From assembly GCF_006345805.1 (NCBI RefSeq), contig NC_043022.1, positions 19,158,001 to 19,222,000 on the forward strand: a DNA stretch of 64,000 nt, in the 5' to 3' direction. The position numbers and the translations under genes were made by a program. The DNA comes from Octopus sinensis. Its lineage: Eukaryota. Under the pieces are notes generated by a model. That model did no database searches. It had not been told where the DNA came from and saw only the letters and a program-made list of their open reading frames with translations. Shown one piece after another: positions 11,379 to 23,117 of this stretch; the first letter of the stretch is position 1; every line of letters begins with the position of its first letter.

Positions 11379-11648
11379 AATAACACACCGTTTGAGAAAC
11401 ATCTCAACCAGGGGATTCACTTTACAAACAAGTGTTTCGTGTGTCTGTGTATTCTTTTATTCTTTTATTTGTTTCAGTCATTCGACTGAGCCAAGCTGGA
11501 GGACCACCTTTAGTCGAGAAAATCGACCCCAGGACTTATTCTTTGTAAACCTAGTACTTATTCTATCTGTCTCTTTTGCCGAATCGTTAAGTTACAGAGA
11601 CGTAAACACACCAACATCGGTTGTCAAGCGATGGTGGGGGGACAAACA

Positions 11649-11691
<43 letters not shown>

Positions 11692-11961
11692 TGATCGTAG
11701 GAATATTTTTGAAACACTCGCGATCTGTCTCTTTTGCCGAATCACTAAGTTACAGAGACGTAAACACACCAACAGTAGTTGTCAAGCGATGGTGGGGGGA
11801 CAAGCAGTATATGTATATATATATATGATCGTGGGAATATTTTTGAAATACTCGCGAACTTATGCTTATGAGTTCCGTACTGAAAAGATTCAACATGACA
11901 AAGAGTGTTACAAGACTGGCTCTTTGAAATTCAGGTCCACTCATTTTTGGAACAATGTGAA

Positions 11962-12458
11962 ATAAAACTCTAGTTGTGTGAGTGTCTGTCCCCTTCGATT
12001 TAGATTCCTAACTCCTCCCACATTTTGCGGTGCAGTTTAACCAAATTCGGGTATCTTATAGTCGTGATTCATATCGAGCCCGTCTGACTATTAGCGCGCG
12101 TCAACGATGAGTCTACGATTTTAAAAATAATTTAACATCATTTTTTATTCCATTTTAATGCATAAAATGCATCGTATGTCGATGGCGGCGGAGTTGGCGT
12201 CCACGCTCACAGCTGCACCTGTTTGCTTCTCCCCCTTCCCTCCCTCGTGAAGCTGTGGGGAAGGGAGTGTAAAGAAATCAACGTCGTAATGCGTTGTCAA
12301 GGAAACCAGCGTTCTTTTAGAACAACGACTTCATGGCTTGAAGACACCAAAACAAAAATGGCTAAGAAAGCCCGAATTTATAAGGGAAGTAACTCTCTAA
12401 AAATGCTTATATAGTTATTTCCCTTACAAACCCGAGCAACGCCGGGCGATACTGCTAG
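11962..12458 (+). mobile_element. Non-autonomous Helitron (Y type)
   Basis: Homologous to 51902-52537; ends CCCGAGCAACGCCGGGCGATACTG-CTAG|T. Confidence 0.85.
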
Positions 12459-12499
12459 TATATATATATAAATGTATACAAATTATATATATATATGTC

Positions 12500-14191
12500 C
12501 AAAACCAAACAACAACCATCGACCACATAGACATAACAGAGAGGGATGTAATATCTGCCATAGAAGAAATGAGAATAAACTCAGCTGCTGGACCAGATGG
12601 ATTCCCAGCAGTCCCCCTAAAAACATGCAGGCATGCCCTAGCGGGACCACTGAAGAAGCTCTTCAGTGGTTCCTTGGCTAACGGTAAACTGCCCAGGGCG
12701 CTAAAAGAAGGCACCATATGCCCTATCCACAAAGGAGGGAGTAGAGCAGAGGCCAAAAACTACAGGCCAGTCTCCCTGACGTCACACATAAGTAAGGTCA
12801 TGGAACGAATCATCAGAAAAAAACTGATCACGTTCCTCGAAGAAACTAACCGTCTCACTGACACACAGCATGGCTTTCGCCCAGGAAGAAGCTGCCTTAC
12901 GCAGCTGTTACAACACTACGACTGGGTACTGAAACAACTACTGGATCGCTCACAGGTGGATGTGGTATATCTCGACTTTGCGAAGGCCTTTGACAAAGTC
13001 GACCACGGAGTGATATGTCACAAATTACTCAGACTCGGCATAACAGGAAAAGTAGGTGAGTGGATACATGACTTCCTGAAGGACAGAAGCCAGATGGTTG
13101 CAGCCAATGGAGCCCTCTCGGGAAAGACACCAATAGCAAGCGGGGTGCCACAGGGCACAGTCTTGGGACCCTTGCTGTTTTTGGTGGCGCTCTCTGACAT
13201 GCCCTTGGTAGCACAAACAACATCCCTCACTAGCTATGCTCATGACATAGCACAGGCAATCAAAAACCCAGCTGATGCTGACCTTTTACAACAAGATCTG
13301 GATGCCATATACAAATGGGCTGAAGACAACAACATGCAATTTAATGCTGGTAAATTTCAAGCCTTACAATATCAAGCTGTAAACACATATACATTACAAC
13401 ACAACTATCCCAGTATCGAAATCAATACGGGACCTGGGGATAGACATGAGTGACGATGCATCTTTTTCTTCACACATCGCGAAGGTGGCGACAATGTGCA
13501 GACGACTCACTGGCTGGATCCTGAGGACATTCCGGACAAGAGACTGCGAGACCATGTTGACACTATGGAGGACATTTGTCCTAAGCCGCCTGGACTACTG
13601 CTCCCAACTGTGGTCACCGCATAGTGTCAAACTAACCACAGAGCTTGAGACAATCCAAAGACATTTCACCAAGAGGATTTCCACCATGAAAGAAAAGAAC
13701 TATTGGGAGAGGCTTAGGGAACTCAATTTGTACTCCTTGGAACGAAGACGAGAGAGATATGCAGTGATATACATATGGAAAATCCTGGAGGAACTAGCAC
13801 CAAATTTTGGAATTGAGAGCTGTTCCAATCCCCGTGCAGGACGTCACTGTGTGGTGCCAAAGGTCCCGTCTTCCACATCCAGGGTAAGGAGCAGATACTG
13901 TAATAGCCTGGGGTTCAGGGGCCCTCAGCTGTTCAACAAACTGCCAAGAAAACTAAGAGATCTACATGATGCGGATGTGGACATTTTCAAAAAACATCTA
14001 GACAAGCTGCTTTCCGGGATCCCAGATGAACCCACTGCAAGGTACGAAGGTAACCTAAGGGCAGCAGCTACAAACTCTCTCTTAGATCAGTGGCCAGCCA
14101 CGGCAAACTGGACTTAGAGAGGGTAGCAACAAGGGCGGTGCCCCAGCATGGCCTCAGCCGGATGGCTGAAACAAGTAAAAGAGTAAAAGAG
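12500..14191 (+). mobile_element. 5'-truncated CR1/L2-group LINE, RT region with a frameshift and a degenerate YADD motif
   Basis: AGPDG, NYRPVSLTS, QHGFRPGRSC, YLDFAKAFD, GVPQGTVLGPLLF, YAHD (decayed YADD), RRERY..IY.WKI. 3' stem-loop and (GTAAAAGA)n tail. Confidence 0.9.
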
Positions 14192-14378
14192 TATACAAAT
14201 TATATATATATATATATATATATATAAATGTATATATATATATATAAATGTATACAAATTATATATATTTATATATATATATGTATACAATTATATATAT
14301 ATATAAATGTATACAAATTATGTATATATATATATATATAAATGTATACAAATTATATATATATATATATATACAAAT

Positions 14379-14427
<49 letters not shown>

Positions 14428-14492
14428 AATGTATACAAATATATATATATATATAATATATATATATATATAATATATATATAAATGCATAC

Positions 14493-14535
<43 letters not shown>

Positions 14536-14589
14536 GTTTAAATATTTGTTGTGCAAGATTTTTTATGTGAAGTCGTGTGTTGAAACAGA

Positions 14590-15063
14590 TATTGTTATAT
14601 TTCGGAATGGTCATATTGCCAGGTTAGCCAATAAAAACACACGCACTATATATTTGGTGTTATTTTGCTTCAGTGATATTTATTTTTTACATTAATCTTA
14701 ATCTTAAACAAAATACAAATTACATGAATGTATATAAACAGAAGATACAAATATTACAGGCATCCCCCCCACACACTAAATAAACATAGACGCACATAGA
14801 GATATAAGCATGCGCAAATGAAGACATACAATAGAAATACAAAATGGCTGACGGTTAGTAAGGAGAGACACAAACAAATAAGAAAGAAGAAAACAAAGGA
14901 CCACTGATGCAGTCACAGGAGTGTGACGAAAGAACTCTGGCCGAAATAAGATTAAGATTAATGTAAAAAATAAATATCACTGAAGCAAAATAACACCAAA
15001 TATATAGTGCGTGTGTTTTTATTGGCTAAACTGGCAATATGACCATTCCGAAATATAACAATA
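14590..15063. repeat. 117-bp inverted repeats around a hammerhead-like motif (Penelope-type terminal structure)
   Basis: 14590-14706 is the reverse complement of 14947-15063 (one mismatch seen). Motif at 14898-14942. Confidence 0.85.
14898..14942 (+). ncRNA. Degenerate hammerhead motif
   Basis: GGACCA-CTGATG(C)A-GTCAC-AGGAGT-GTGAC-GAAAG-AA-CTC-TGGCC: 5-bp stem II, CUC triplet, one extra core base. Confidence 0.55.
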
Positions 15064-15085
15064 TATATATATATATATATATATA

Positions 15086-15181
15086 TCAAATCAAATGACA
15101 CTTGTGAAGACCTGTTGAGGCAAGTGCTAATCTAATCTAATCAAATCAAATGACACTTGTGAAGACCTGTTGAGGCAAGTG

Positions 15182-15213
<32 letters not shown>

Positions 15214-16105
15214 CATAATCATAATCATAATCATAATCAAATCCAATCAAAACAAAACAAAATAGATGAACATCAATGGAATTTGTATCTTTGTGGTACC
15301 AATGCCGGTGGCACACAAGAAAACCATCCGAACGTGGCGGTAGCCAGTACCACATCGTGCTGTGGGCACGTAACAAACACCATCCGATCGTGGCCGTTCG
15401 CCAGCCTCATCTGGCACCTGTGTTGGTGGCACATAAAAACACCATCCAAAGACCCGGCAAGACTAGTCAGGCCATAACCCGTGGCCCCTACCTGGGACGT
15501 AGTCAGTCTACCTGTGCATACCTTCCTTCTTATGACACTTGTGAAGACCTGTTGAGGCAAGTATGTGACACTTGTGAAGACCTGTTGAGGCAAGTGAAAA
15601 TCAAACCAAATCAAAATAGATGAACATCAATGGAATTTGTATCTTTGTGGTACCAGTGCCGGTGGCACACAAGAAAACCATCCGAACGTGGCCGTAGCCA
15701 GTACCGCATCGACTGGCCTCCGTGCTGTGGGCACGTAACAAACACCATCCGATCGTGGCCGTTCGCCAGCCTCATCTGGCACCTGTGTCGGTGGCACATA
15801 AAAACACCATCCGAGCGTGGCCGTCTGCCAGCCTCGTCTGGCTCCTGTGTCGGTGGCACATAAAAAAAACACACCATCCGAGCGTGGCCGTTCGCCAGCC
15901 TCGTCTGGCACCTGTGTCGGTGGCACATAAAATCACCCACTACACTCTCGGAGTGGTTGGCGTTAGGAAGGGCATCCAGCTGTAGAAACACTGCCAGATC
16001 TGACTGGCCTGGTGCAGCCTTCGGGCTCCCCAGACTCCAGTTGAACCGTCCAACCCATGCTAGCATGGAAAGCGGACGTTAAATGAGGATGATGATGATG
16101 ATGAT
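15086..16105 (+). mobile_element. Family B SINE-like repeat with an internal roughly 60-bp minisatellite and (GAT)n tail; two nested or partial copies
   Basis: 3' end ...GGAAGGGCATCCAGCTGTAGAAA...GCATGGAAAGCGGACGTTAAATGAGGATGATGAT. Related copies at 33740-34045, 42925-43260, 44120-44520, 44590-44985 and 49067-49587. Confidence 0.8.
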
Positions 16106-17183
16106 ATATAAATGTATACAAATTATATATATAAATACAGTTATATACACTTTTTATATATACATTATTATATATACATATTTATATATAGATACACACA
16201 CACACATATATAAATTAACCCAATAAATATCTGATTCATAATATTTGTTGTCATGATTGTGTGGTGGTTGTGGCGATGATAATTCTCTGTATGAATTCAG
16301 ACAGACGTAGACAGTGAGAGTGTGTGAAAGCGCTGTGGAAGGCAGAGAGGGGGGGATAACGGACGCTGTGAAACGACGTTATAAAGAGAAAGTGAATGTA
16401 AGGGAGGTAGACACTGTGAAACGACGTTATAGATAGAGTGTGAAAGGAAGGGAGAAAAGAGATTGAGTGATGGAGGAAGACAGATACATAAAAGAATGAG
16501 AATTGGTGATGTTTTGTTTGTTGGACCAATGTATTAAGTTAGTATTGTTTTATTGTTTTAAAATGAAAGAGGCAATGTGTTTGTTTCAAAAATAAAAAAA
16601 AAGACTAACGTCCGCCAATGGGAAGACAGATCATATTCGATTAGAGCACTCTGGGTATAATCATAAAAGTGAAAAATGGAATTTCGGTGGCGAATATTGT
16701 AGAGGACTCTAAAAAAAAGAATTTTTTTAACCTGCAGGAAGATAGTTTAAACCAAAAAAGGCAGAATGTAAACTCACACCTGTAATAGTGTATGAAATTA
16801 GAATTCACACCCAGCTCAGTTTTGTAGAAAGAGTATCACGACGTGAACTCATGTGTTGGGAGTTTGACTGAGAGAGTTAATATGGTGACACATGCCAGTT
16901 CTTTGGACACCACCTAAACAATGGAATAGTGTATAAAATGTAATTAACAACTCATTCACTTTATGAATGCCTTATGTTAGCGAAGAAACAATAACTTGAC
17001 AAAACCGTTTAATGGAGACGTAGAAGGAATCGGAAAATGAGGAATAAAGAGAATGAGTTGGATCAAATGTTTGCAAACATCTGAACCCAATGTTCTTTAT
17101 GAACCATGTTCTTTTTCATGTCTTTATTTTCAAGAATAAAGAGGTGCAAAATAAAAAATCAAGCAAAATTTCATGACTTACAA

Positions 17184-18590
17184 TCAGTTTTCTTTTGTCA
17201 GAGCCTCCTGATAAACCACGTTCCTTGTGCGCTCATGATTGCCAAGAATGAAGAGTTTATGTGGATTTCCAACTCGAGAACAGGCTACGTACAATTGACC
17301 ATGACTGAAAACCGGTTGTGACAGGTTAATGCCTACAATGTCCAGTGACTGTCCCTGTGACTTGTTGATTGTCATCGCGAAGCATAGTTTTATCGAAATT
17401 GAAAGCGTTTAAACTGAATGGGAACATCAGAGGTGAAATACTCATTTTATGTATCATCTTCATTGTTCCTGCAAATGGTCCACTCAAACTTTCAGCAGTT
17501 ATAACATGGCTTTGAATCCTCCTTATAACCATTTGGGTTCCATTGCATATTTCAGGCGTTTCCATATTTCTGAGCACCATGATTGGAGCACCAACTTTCA
17601 AACACAAATGATGAGGTGGAAGTCCCGGAGGTGTTAGCTTGTTGAGTAGCTCGGGTGGATATTTGACTGCATCATTCTCATCTTTATTTGTATCGATGGA
17701 CATGAAAGAAACTATCTCACAAGGAATCATATCAAGCATTTGTTTATTTGTAGCATCAGCTGTTGTATTATGAGGCGATAGAATAGCTCTTGCTCTTAGC
17801 CAATCGAGATCCTGGAAGTTGGTTTCGACGTCAAGTAAAACGGCTCTTATAAGTTCTACATTTGGAACGAAATTCCCAAAAGGCAACCGAATATGCTCAT
17901 CATCAACGAAAGGCAAAACTCCATCACCAAGATCTAATAGGTGTTTTGCGAAAGCCTCAGACTCCACATCACCATGTAGGTGGACTCTCATGTTTTCTTG
18001 AAGATGGCGACTGATAACACTGTGCCACACATAAGAATGCTTTATACATGCATTAACCTCATCGGCTTTAGTGCCTGCTCGGACAACAGGAAGAGTTTGT
18101 CGAAAATCTCCTGCCATGAGAAACGTAGCTCCACCCATTATTTTTGTATTGTGACGCAAATCTTGGAGAGTTCTGTCAAGAGCCTCAAACATGGCCTTAT
18201 TACTCATTGTAGCCTCATCCCAAATAAAAAGACTGCATTCACGAAGAAGTCTTGCTCTTGAGGAACTACGACCTATATTACATATAGGATTATCTTTTTT
18301 TCCAATGTCCATGGGAAATTTGAATGCACTTTGTGCCGTACGGCCGCCTTGAAGCAGTGTCGCTGCAATACCACTTGAGGCACATGCAATGGCAATTCGA
18401 CATTCAGCGCGCAGCTTTGCGAGAATCAAATTGATAACGAAAGTTTTACCAGTACCACCTGGAGCATTCAAAAAGAAAAGCTTTCCTTGGTTCAATCTAA
18501 CGCTGTCAATAATTTCATTATAAATCTCTCTTTGTTCAGGCAAAAGTCTTGGTTCATCTCGCGTAATTGTTTCCGTTTTTGCAATTTAAG
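17184..18590 (-). pseudogene. Helitron PIF1 helicase, nearly complete domain with one frameshift
   Basis: [66 protein letters not shown]. Candidate A|TCTTATAAAA 5' end at 18779. Confidence 0.92.
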
Positions 18591-18921
18591 AGAAAGATTG
18601 TCATGATTGTGTGTTGGTGGTGGTGGTGGCGGCGATGATAATTATCATTAGGAAAAAGAGTGAGTGAGTGAGGAAGACATATACATAAGTTGTGGCGATG
18701 ATAATTCTAGACCCCTTTTCACATTTTGATTAATATAACCCGATTTCATTCGGGTCTACTGGGGCCACATTTTATAAGATGAGGAATTTTGTCGTAGAGG
18801 TCACGCCTTTAATTTGAGGAAAAAAATAGTTGTCATGTAAACTTGCCAGCACTTTTAACATAGGTGTGCATATTTTCAGCTGAACCGACCGACCACATAA
18901 TGCACACATTATATATATATA

Positions 18922-18956
<35 letters not shown>

Positions 18957-18975
18957 ACGCATTATATATACAAAT

Positions 18976-19017
<42 letters not shown>

Positions 19018-19127
19018 AAATTAAATTAGAGATAAAACCACTAATAGGCAAATGAAACAGTAAAAATCGAAAAACAAAAACATAAAAATAAAAATATAAT
19101 ATATAAAATATAAAATTTATATATATA

Positions 19128-19189
<62 letters not shown>

Positions 19190-19454
19190 TGTGTTTTGGA
19201 GTCTCTCTCATACGTGAGCGTTGACGCTGAATTCGACTGGTAAGCAGGTAACCTTGTTTTTGCATTTGGTCGATCGGCGCGTTGACAGGTAGACAATAGA
19301 ATGCGATGGCGATGGAATATTTGTTTCTCTGTATGAATGCAGACAGATACATAAGTGAAAGTTATGGGAAGCTAAGAGATAGAGTGAGTGAAAATGTTCT
19401 GGCAAGAGAGGAAATAGCGAGAGTGAGTTGAGGAAGACAGATACGTTAAATAAC

Positions 19455-19675
19455 ATACATTCATACATACATACATACACACATACATACACATACATAC
19501 ATACGCACATACCTACATACGTTCATACATACATACATACGTATATACATACATACATACATGCATACATACATACATACACACATACATACATACATAC
19601 ATACATACATACATACATGCATGCATGCATACATACATACATACATACATACATACATACATACATACATACATA
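19455..19675. repeat. (TACA)n microsatellite
   Basis: Directly visible. Confidence 0.95.
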
Positions 19676-20084
19676 AACTGTTGATACATAAATTGCTTCT
19701 AACGTGGCTCGAACAGGAGAAAGATCATAGCTGCATCGTTCTTATTCATAAATCAACCAGATCAGGCTGACCCAGGGCGAAACCAACAGCTGAATGCTGC
19801 AAAAACAAAAAAAAAACAAAAAGAAACTCTCGAAAGTCGTATGTAAACAGCTGTTAACTTTGGCAAATATGTCAAACTGTTGATCAAAGGTGCCCCACTT
19901 ACATAAGACCGTCCACCAATGCGTGCTACAAACGGGAGTGACGTATGGCGAGTGCCAGACAAACAGGAGTGACGTATGGCGAGTGCCGGGGAGTCACTTG
20001 CCAGCACGCGTCAACGCCGACTGCTGGCTGCTACCTTCATCCCACATTCAACCTCCCATCTTGCTCGTATCTATCTATCTATCT

Positions 20085-21143
20085 ACCGCGAGTATCGCGT
20101 TGCTCTCAAGCAACTCTGCCGTCCCGGGTCGACCTTGAGTGACTTCAACACAACCAAAGCATTCTATAGGGAATTAGTGGAGGGGAGGTACGACGACGAT
20201 CTTGGGGCAAACCTGGGCGTCGACGAGGAATACCTGACCCGCCTGTTTGAAACGACTTTCGGGCCGGGACAACTTCCAGAGATCCCTGGCCTGGCGGTGC
20301 TACCGAGAAGCGCTACCCGTTTGGGATAAGCTCTATAGGCATGGCTCAAGAAACACGGGGCCGACCTGCCCGAGATGCGGGCAGAGCGACGAAACCGCTC
20401 TGCACGCAATCGTGCAGTGTCCAACAATCTCCGACCTGTGGGCTTATGTCGAACGACTGCTGTCACGTGTGGGACATGTCGGTTTATCAGCCGAGTCTAT
20501 CGTTAATATCGTCACGCCTCCTTCCTTCAAACGGGAAAGAAGAGCTATTTTTATCATACTTGTGGCTATGGCGAAAGAATGTATCTGGTGGACGCGCCTG
20601 AAAGGATTAGAGACAAACACTTTCCTCTCTGGTCAATCTCTCATCAACTTCTTCAAGTATCACTTGAAGAGGAACGTGAGAGTAGAGAGGCAAGTTTTGT
20701 CTAGTGAATGTTTTAAAAAAAGATGGGTGAATGTAGCAAGGATGGCACGTATGAATGACGAAGCCACCTTGACTATGATTCTATGAACCGTAAAAATTAA
20801 TACAGAGAGTTGCTTATTTGCAAAAAAAAAAAAGAAATATAACATGTGACTTCATTGATCGAGGTTACCGTGGTCTTTTCCGTAGGCTTTTCTTTCCACG
20901 GGTAAACCTCACCTGTCTTCCCCTTTACACTTCATATTGACATTTCTGTGATAACGATCCCTATTGATCAATTCTCCCCCCCCTTTTTTTTATTTTATTC
21001 CCCCCTTTTTTGTCCTCTTTCTTTCCTTTTACGATCCCTTTTGATCGAAAACCAAACCCCTTTTTTTTACCCCTAAAAGAAAAGCTCTACCTTGTAATTT
21101 GTCCTGTCTGTGTGCAGCCCTGTGTGGCTAATAAAGAAACATA
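20085..21143 (+). mobile_element. 5'-truncated Tx1/L1-group LINE (C-terminal zf-RVT region plus 3' UTR)
   Basis: FQRSLAWRCYREALPV...CPRCGQSDETALHAIVQCP...LWAYVE...AKECIWWTR. AATAAA at 21130, then (TC)n. Confidence 0.85.
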
Positions 21144-21861
21144 TCTCTCTCTCTCTCTCTCTATCTCTATCTATCTATCTATCTATCTATCTATTCTTTT
21201 ACTCTTTTACTTGTTTCAGTCATTTGACTGCGGCCATGCTGGACATGCTGTACCAATCTATCGGCTGTGGTCATACATCACTAGTCACAATGCGCTTCAC
21301 ATTGATTTAGCCTTCAAATGATATCACCCAGCTAGCTAGGTGGGCAGGCCAACATTCACCTCAATTGGAAGACTATTCTGACACAGGGTAACCCGTTTGC
21401 AGCCGAGTGGACTGGAGCAATGTGACATGAAGTGACGTGTCGCTCATTCTAGGAATCGAACCCTTGATCACTAGATCGTGAGTGCAACGTCTTAACCACT
21501 TGGCCATACACCTTCACACATACACACACACAGACATGTTTTTATAATAACTCAACTTGGAGTTTTGCTAAAATCTTGGTGTATTCTTTATGTTCCCTCG
21601 GAAAGAATTTGGTATTAACTCATCATCATCATCATCATCATCATCGTTTAATGTCCGTTTTCCATGCTGGCATGGGTTGGATGGGAGAACTACTCATAAA
21701 AATGATATATTTAATGTAGTGTATTTGTGCAAGAAAAGCAGGTATCTATCACACCCAGACTTAGTGTCCAATTTTGAAGAGTTGCATGGAAGCCAAAAAT
21801 GTTCTCATCTTCGAAATTCACTGACAAAGCATTGGTCAGCCTAGGGTTATAGTGGTAGACA

Positions 21862-22135
21862 TGGAGGCGCAATGGCCAAGTGGTCAAGGCAGCGGACTCG
21901 TGGTCGTAGGATCGCGGTTTCGATTCCCAGACCGGGCGTCGTGAATGTTTATTGAGCGAAAACATCTAAAGCTCCACAAGGCTCTGCAGGGGATGGGGGT
22001 GGCGACCCCTACTGTACTCTTTCACCACATCTTTCTTTCACTCTTTCTTCTTGTTTCTGTTGTACCTGTATTTCAAAGGGCCAGCCTTGTCACACTCTGT
22101 GTCACGCTGAATCTCTCTGAGGACTATGTTAAGGG
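21862..22135 (+). mobile_element. tRNA-derived SINE, family D
   Basis: GGAGGCGCAATGGCCAAGTGG...GGTTTCGATTCCC head. Copies at 34048-34375, 48735-48935 (-), 50055-50370 and 50440-50585. Confidence 0.8.
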
Positions 22136-22429
22136 TACATGTGTCTGTGAAGTGCCTAAGGTGCCACGCAGTGGGACTGAACCTGGAACCATGTGGTTGG
22201 TAAGCAAGCTACTTACCACACAGCCACTCCGGCGCCTATGATACATATATATAATACACACACACACACACACGTTCAAGAATAAAACATTTGATAATGA
22301 TCGGCTGTGAAATTGATCGAAACGTGTAAACATTAATTTTTTTTCCTTTCATTTCTAAAACTGAGGTTAATAGACCGAAAAATAATGTTTGTCTTTACTA
22401 TATAATCTATCTCTAAGAACATCAATAAT

Positions 22430-22448
22430 TACTACTGCTAATACCACC

Positions 22449-22488
<40 letters not shown>

Positions 22489-22608
22489 TTGTGTTACTAT
22501 TGCTGCTGCTACTCTCACTATATCTACTACTACAACTACTACTACCACCACTACTAACATCACCACCACCACTACCATCATCACTAATACTACTACAACT
22601 ACCACCAA

Positions 22609-22641
<33 letters not shown>

Positions 22642-22650
22642 AGCTGCAGC
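22430..22650. repeat. (ACT/ACC)n trinucleotide tract
   Basis: Directly visible. Confidence 0.9.
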
Positions 22651-23117
22651 AGTCTCAAATGTGCTGTTTTGCTACGTTGAACGGCAATTAATTATACCTA
22701 AGTTGCACAATGTTGAAGAGTGAAATAATTTATCCATGTACCTGAAACACAGGAGCATTCACAAAATGGGGAATTTCTATGAATAATGGTCTTTTAAATA
22801 GATACGAGCGCTGTTGCAGTTAGGAAGAATGTCTGTCTTGAGAGAAAAAGTATTCGTATGGGATGCCACTTCAGCGTGCTATCTTCCAGATCATTTACAC
22901 TTCGAGTTTTACTGACCATTTACACTTTAAAGTGCTTCGAGTTTTAACTGCAAGAACTTTATACTGCAGAGTGATAAAAATAAGCTTAATACTCTTTTCT
23001 ACTCAAGGCACAAGGCCCCGAAATTTTGGGGGGAGGGGACCAGTCGATTAGATTGACCCCAGTACGCAACTGGTACTTAATTTATCGATCCCGAAAGGAT
23101 GAAAGGCAAAGTAGACC

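Noticed and set aside
12647-12673. CCACTGAAGA-AGC-TCTTCAGTGG hairpin containing CTGAAGA
   Set aside because: Inside the LINE ORF, no GAAA partner; not a hammerhead.
15740-15930. Regularly spaced repeats resembling a CRISPR array (also 31686-32212)
   Set aside because: Whole units are repeated with no unique spacers, no cas genes, and the context is eukaryotic.
15146-16066. Repeated Cys/His-rich ORFs (MCHRHRCQ...; also 43989-44808, 49151-49783)
   Set aside because: Translations of the family B minisatellite units.
21862-21935. tRNA gene-like heads (also 34048, 50055, 4773, 2428)
   Set aside because: A and B boxes are present but acceptor stems do not close, and each continues into a SINE body.
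22700-22760. Possible 44-bp minus-strand exon (TTTCAG...GTATAA)
   Set aside because: Weak donor, unrecognisable peptide and no partner exons.
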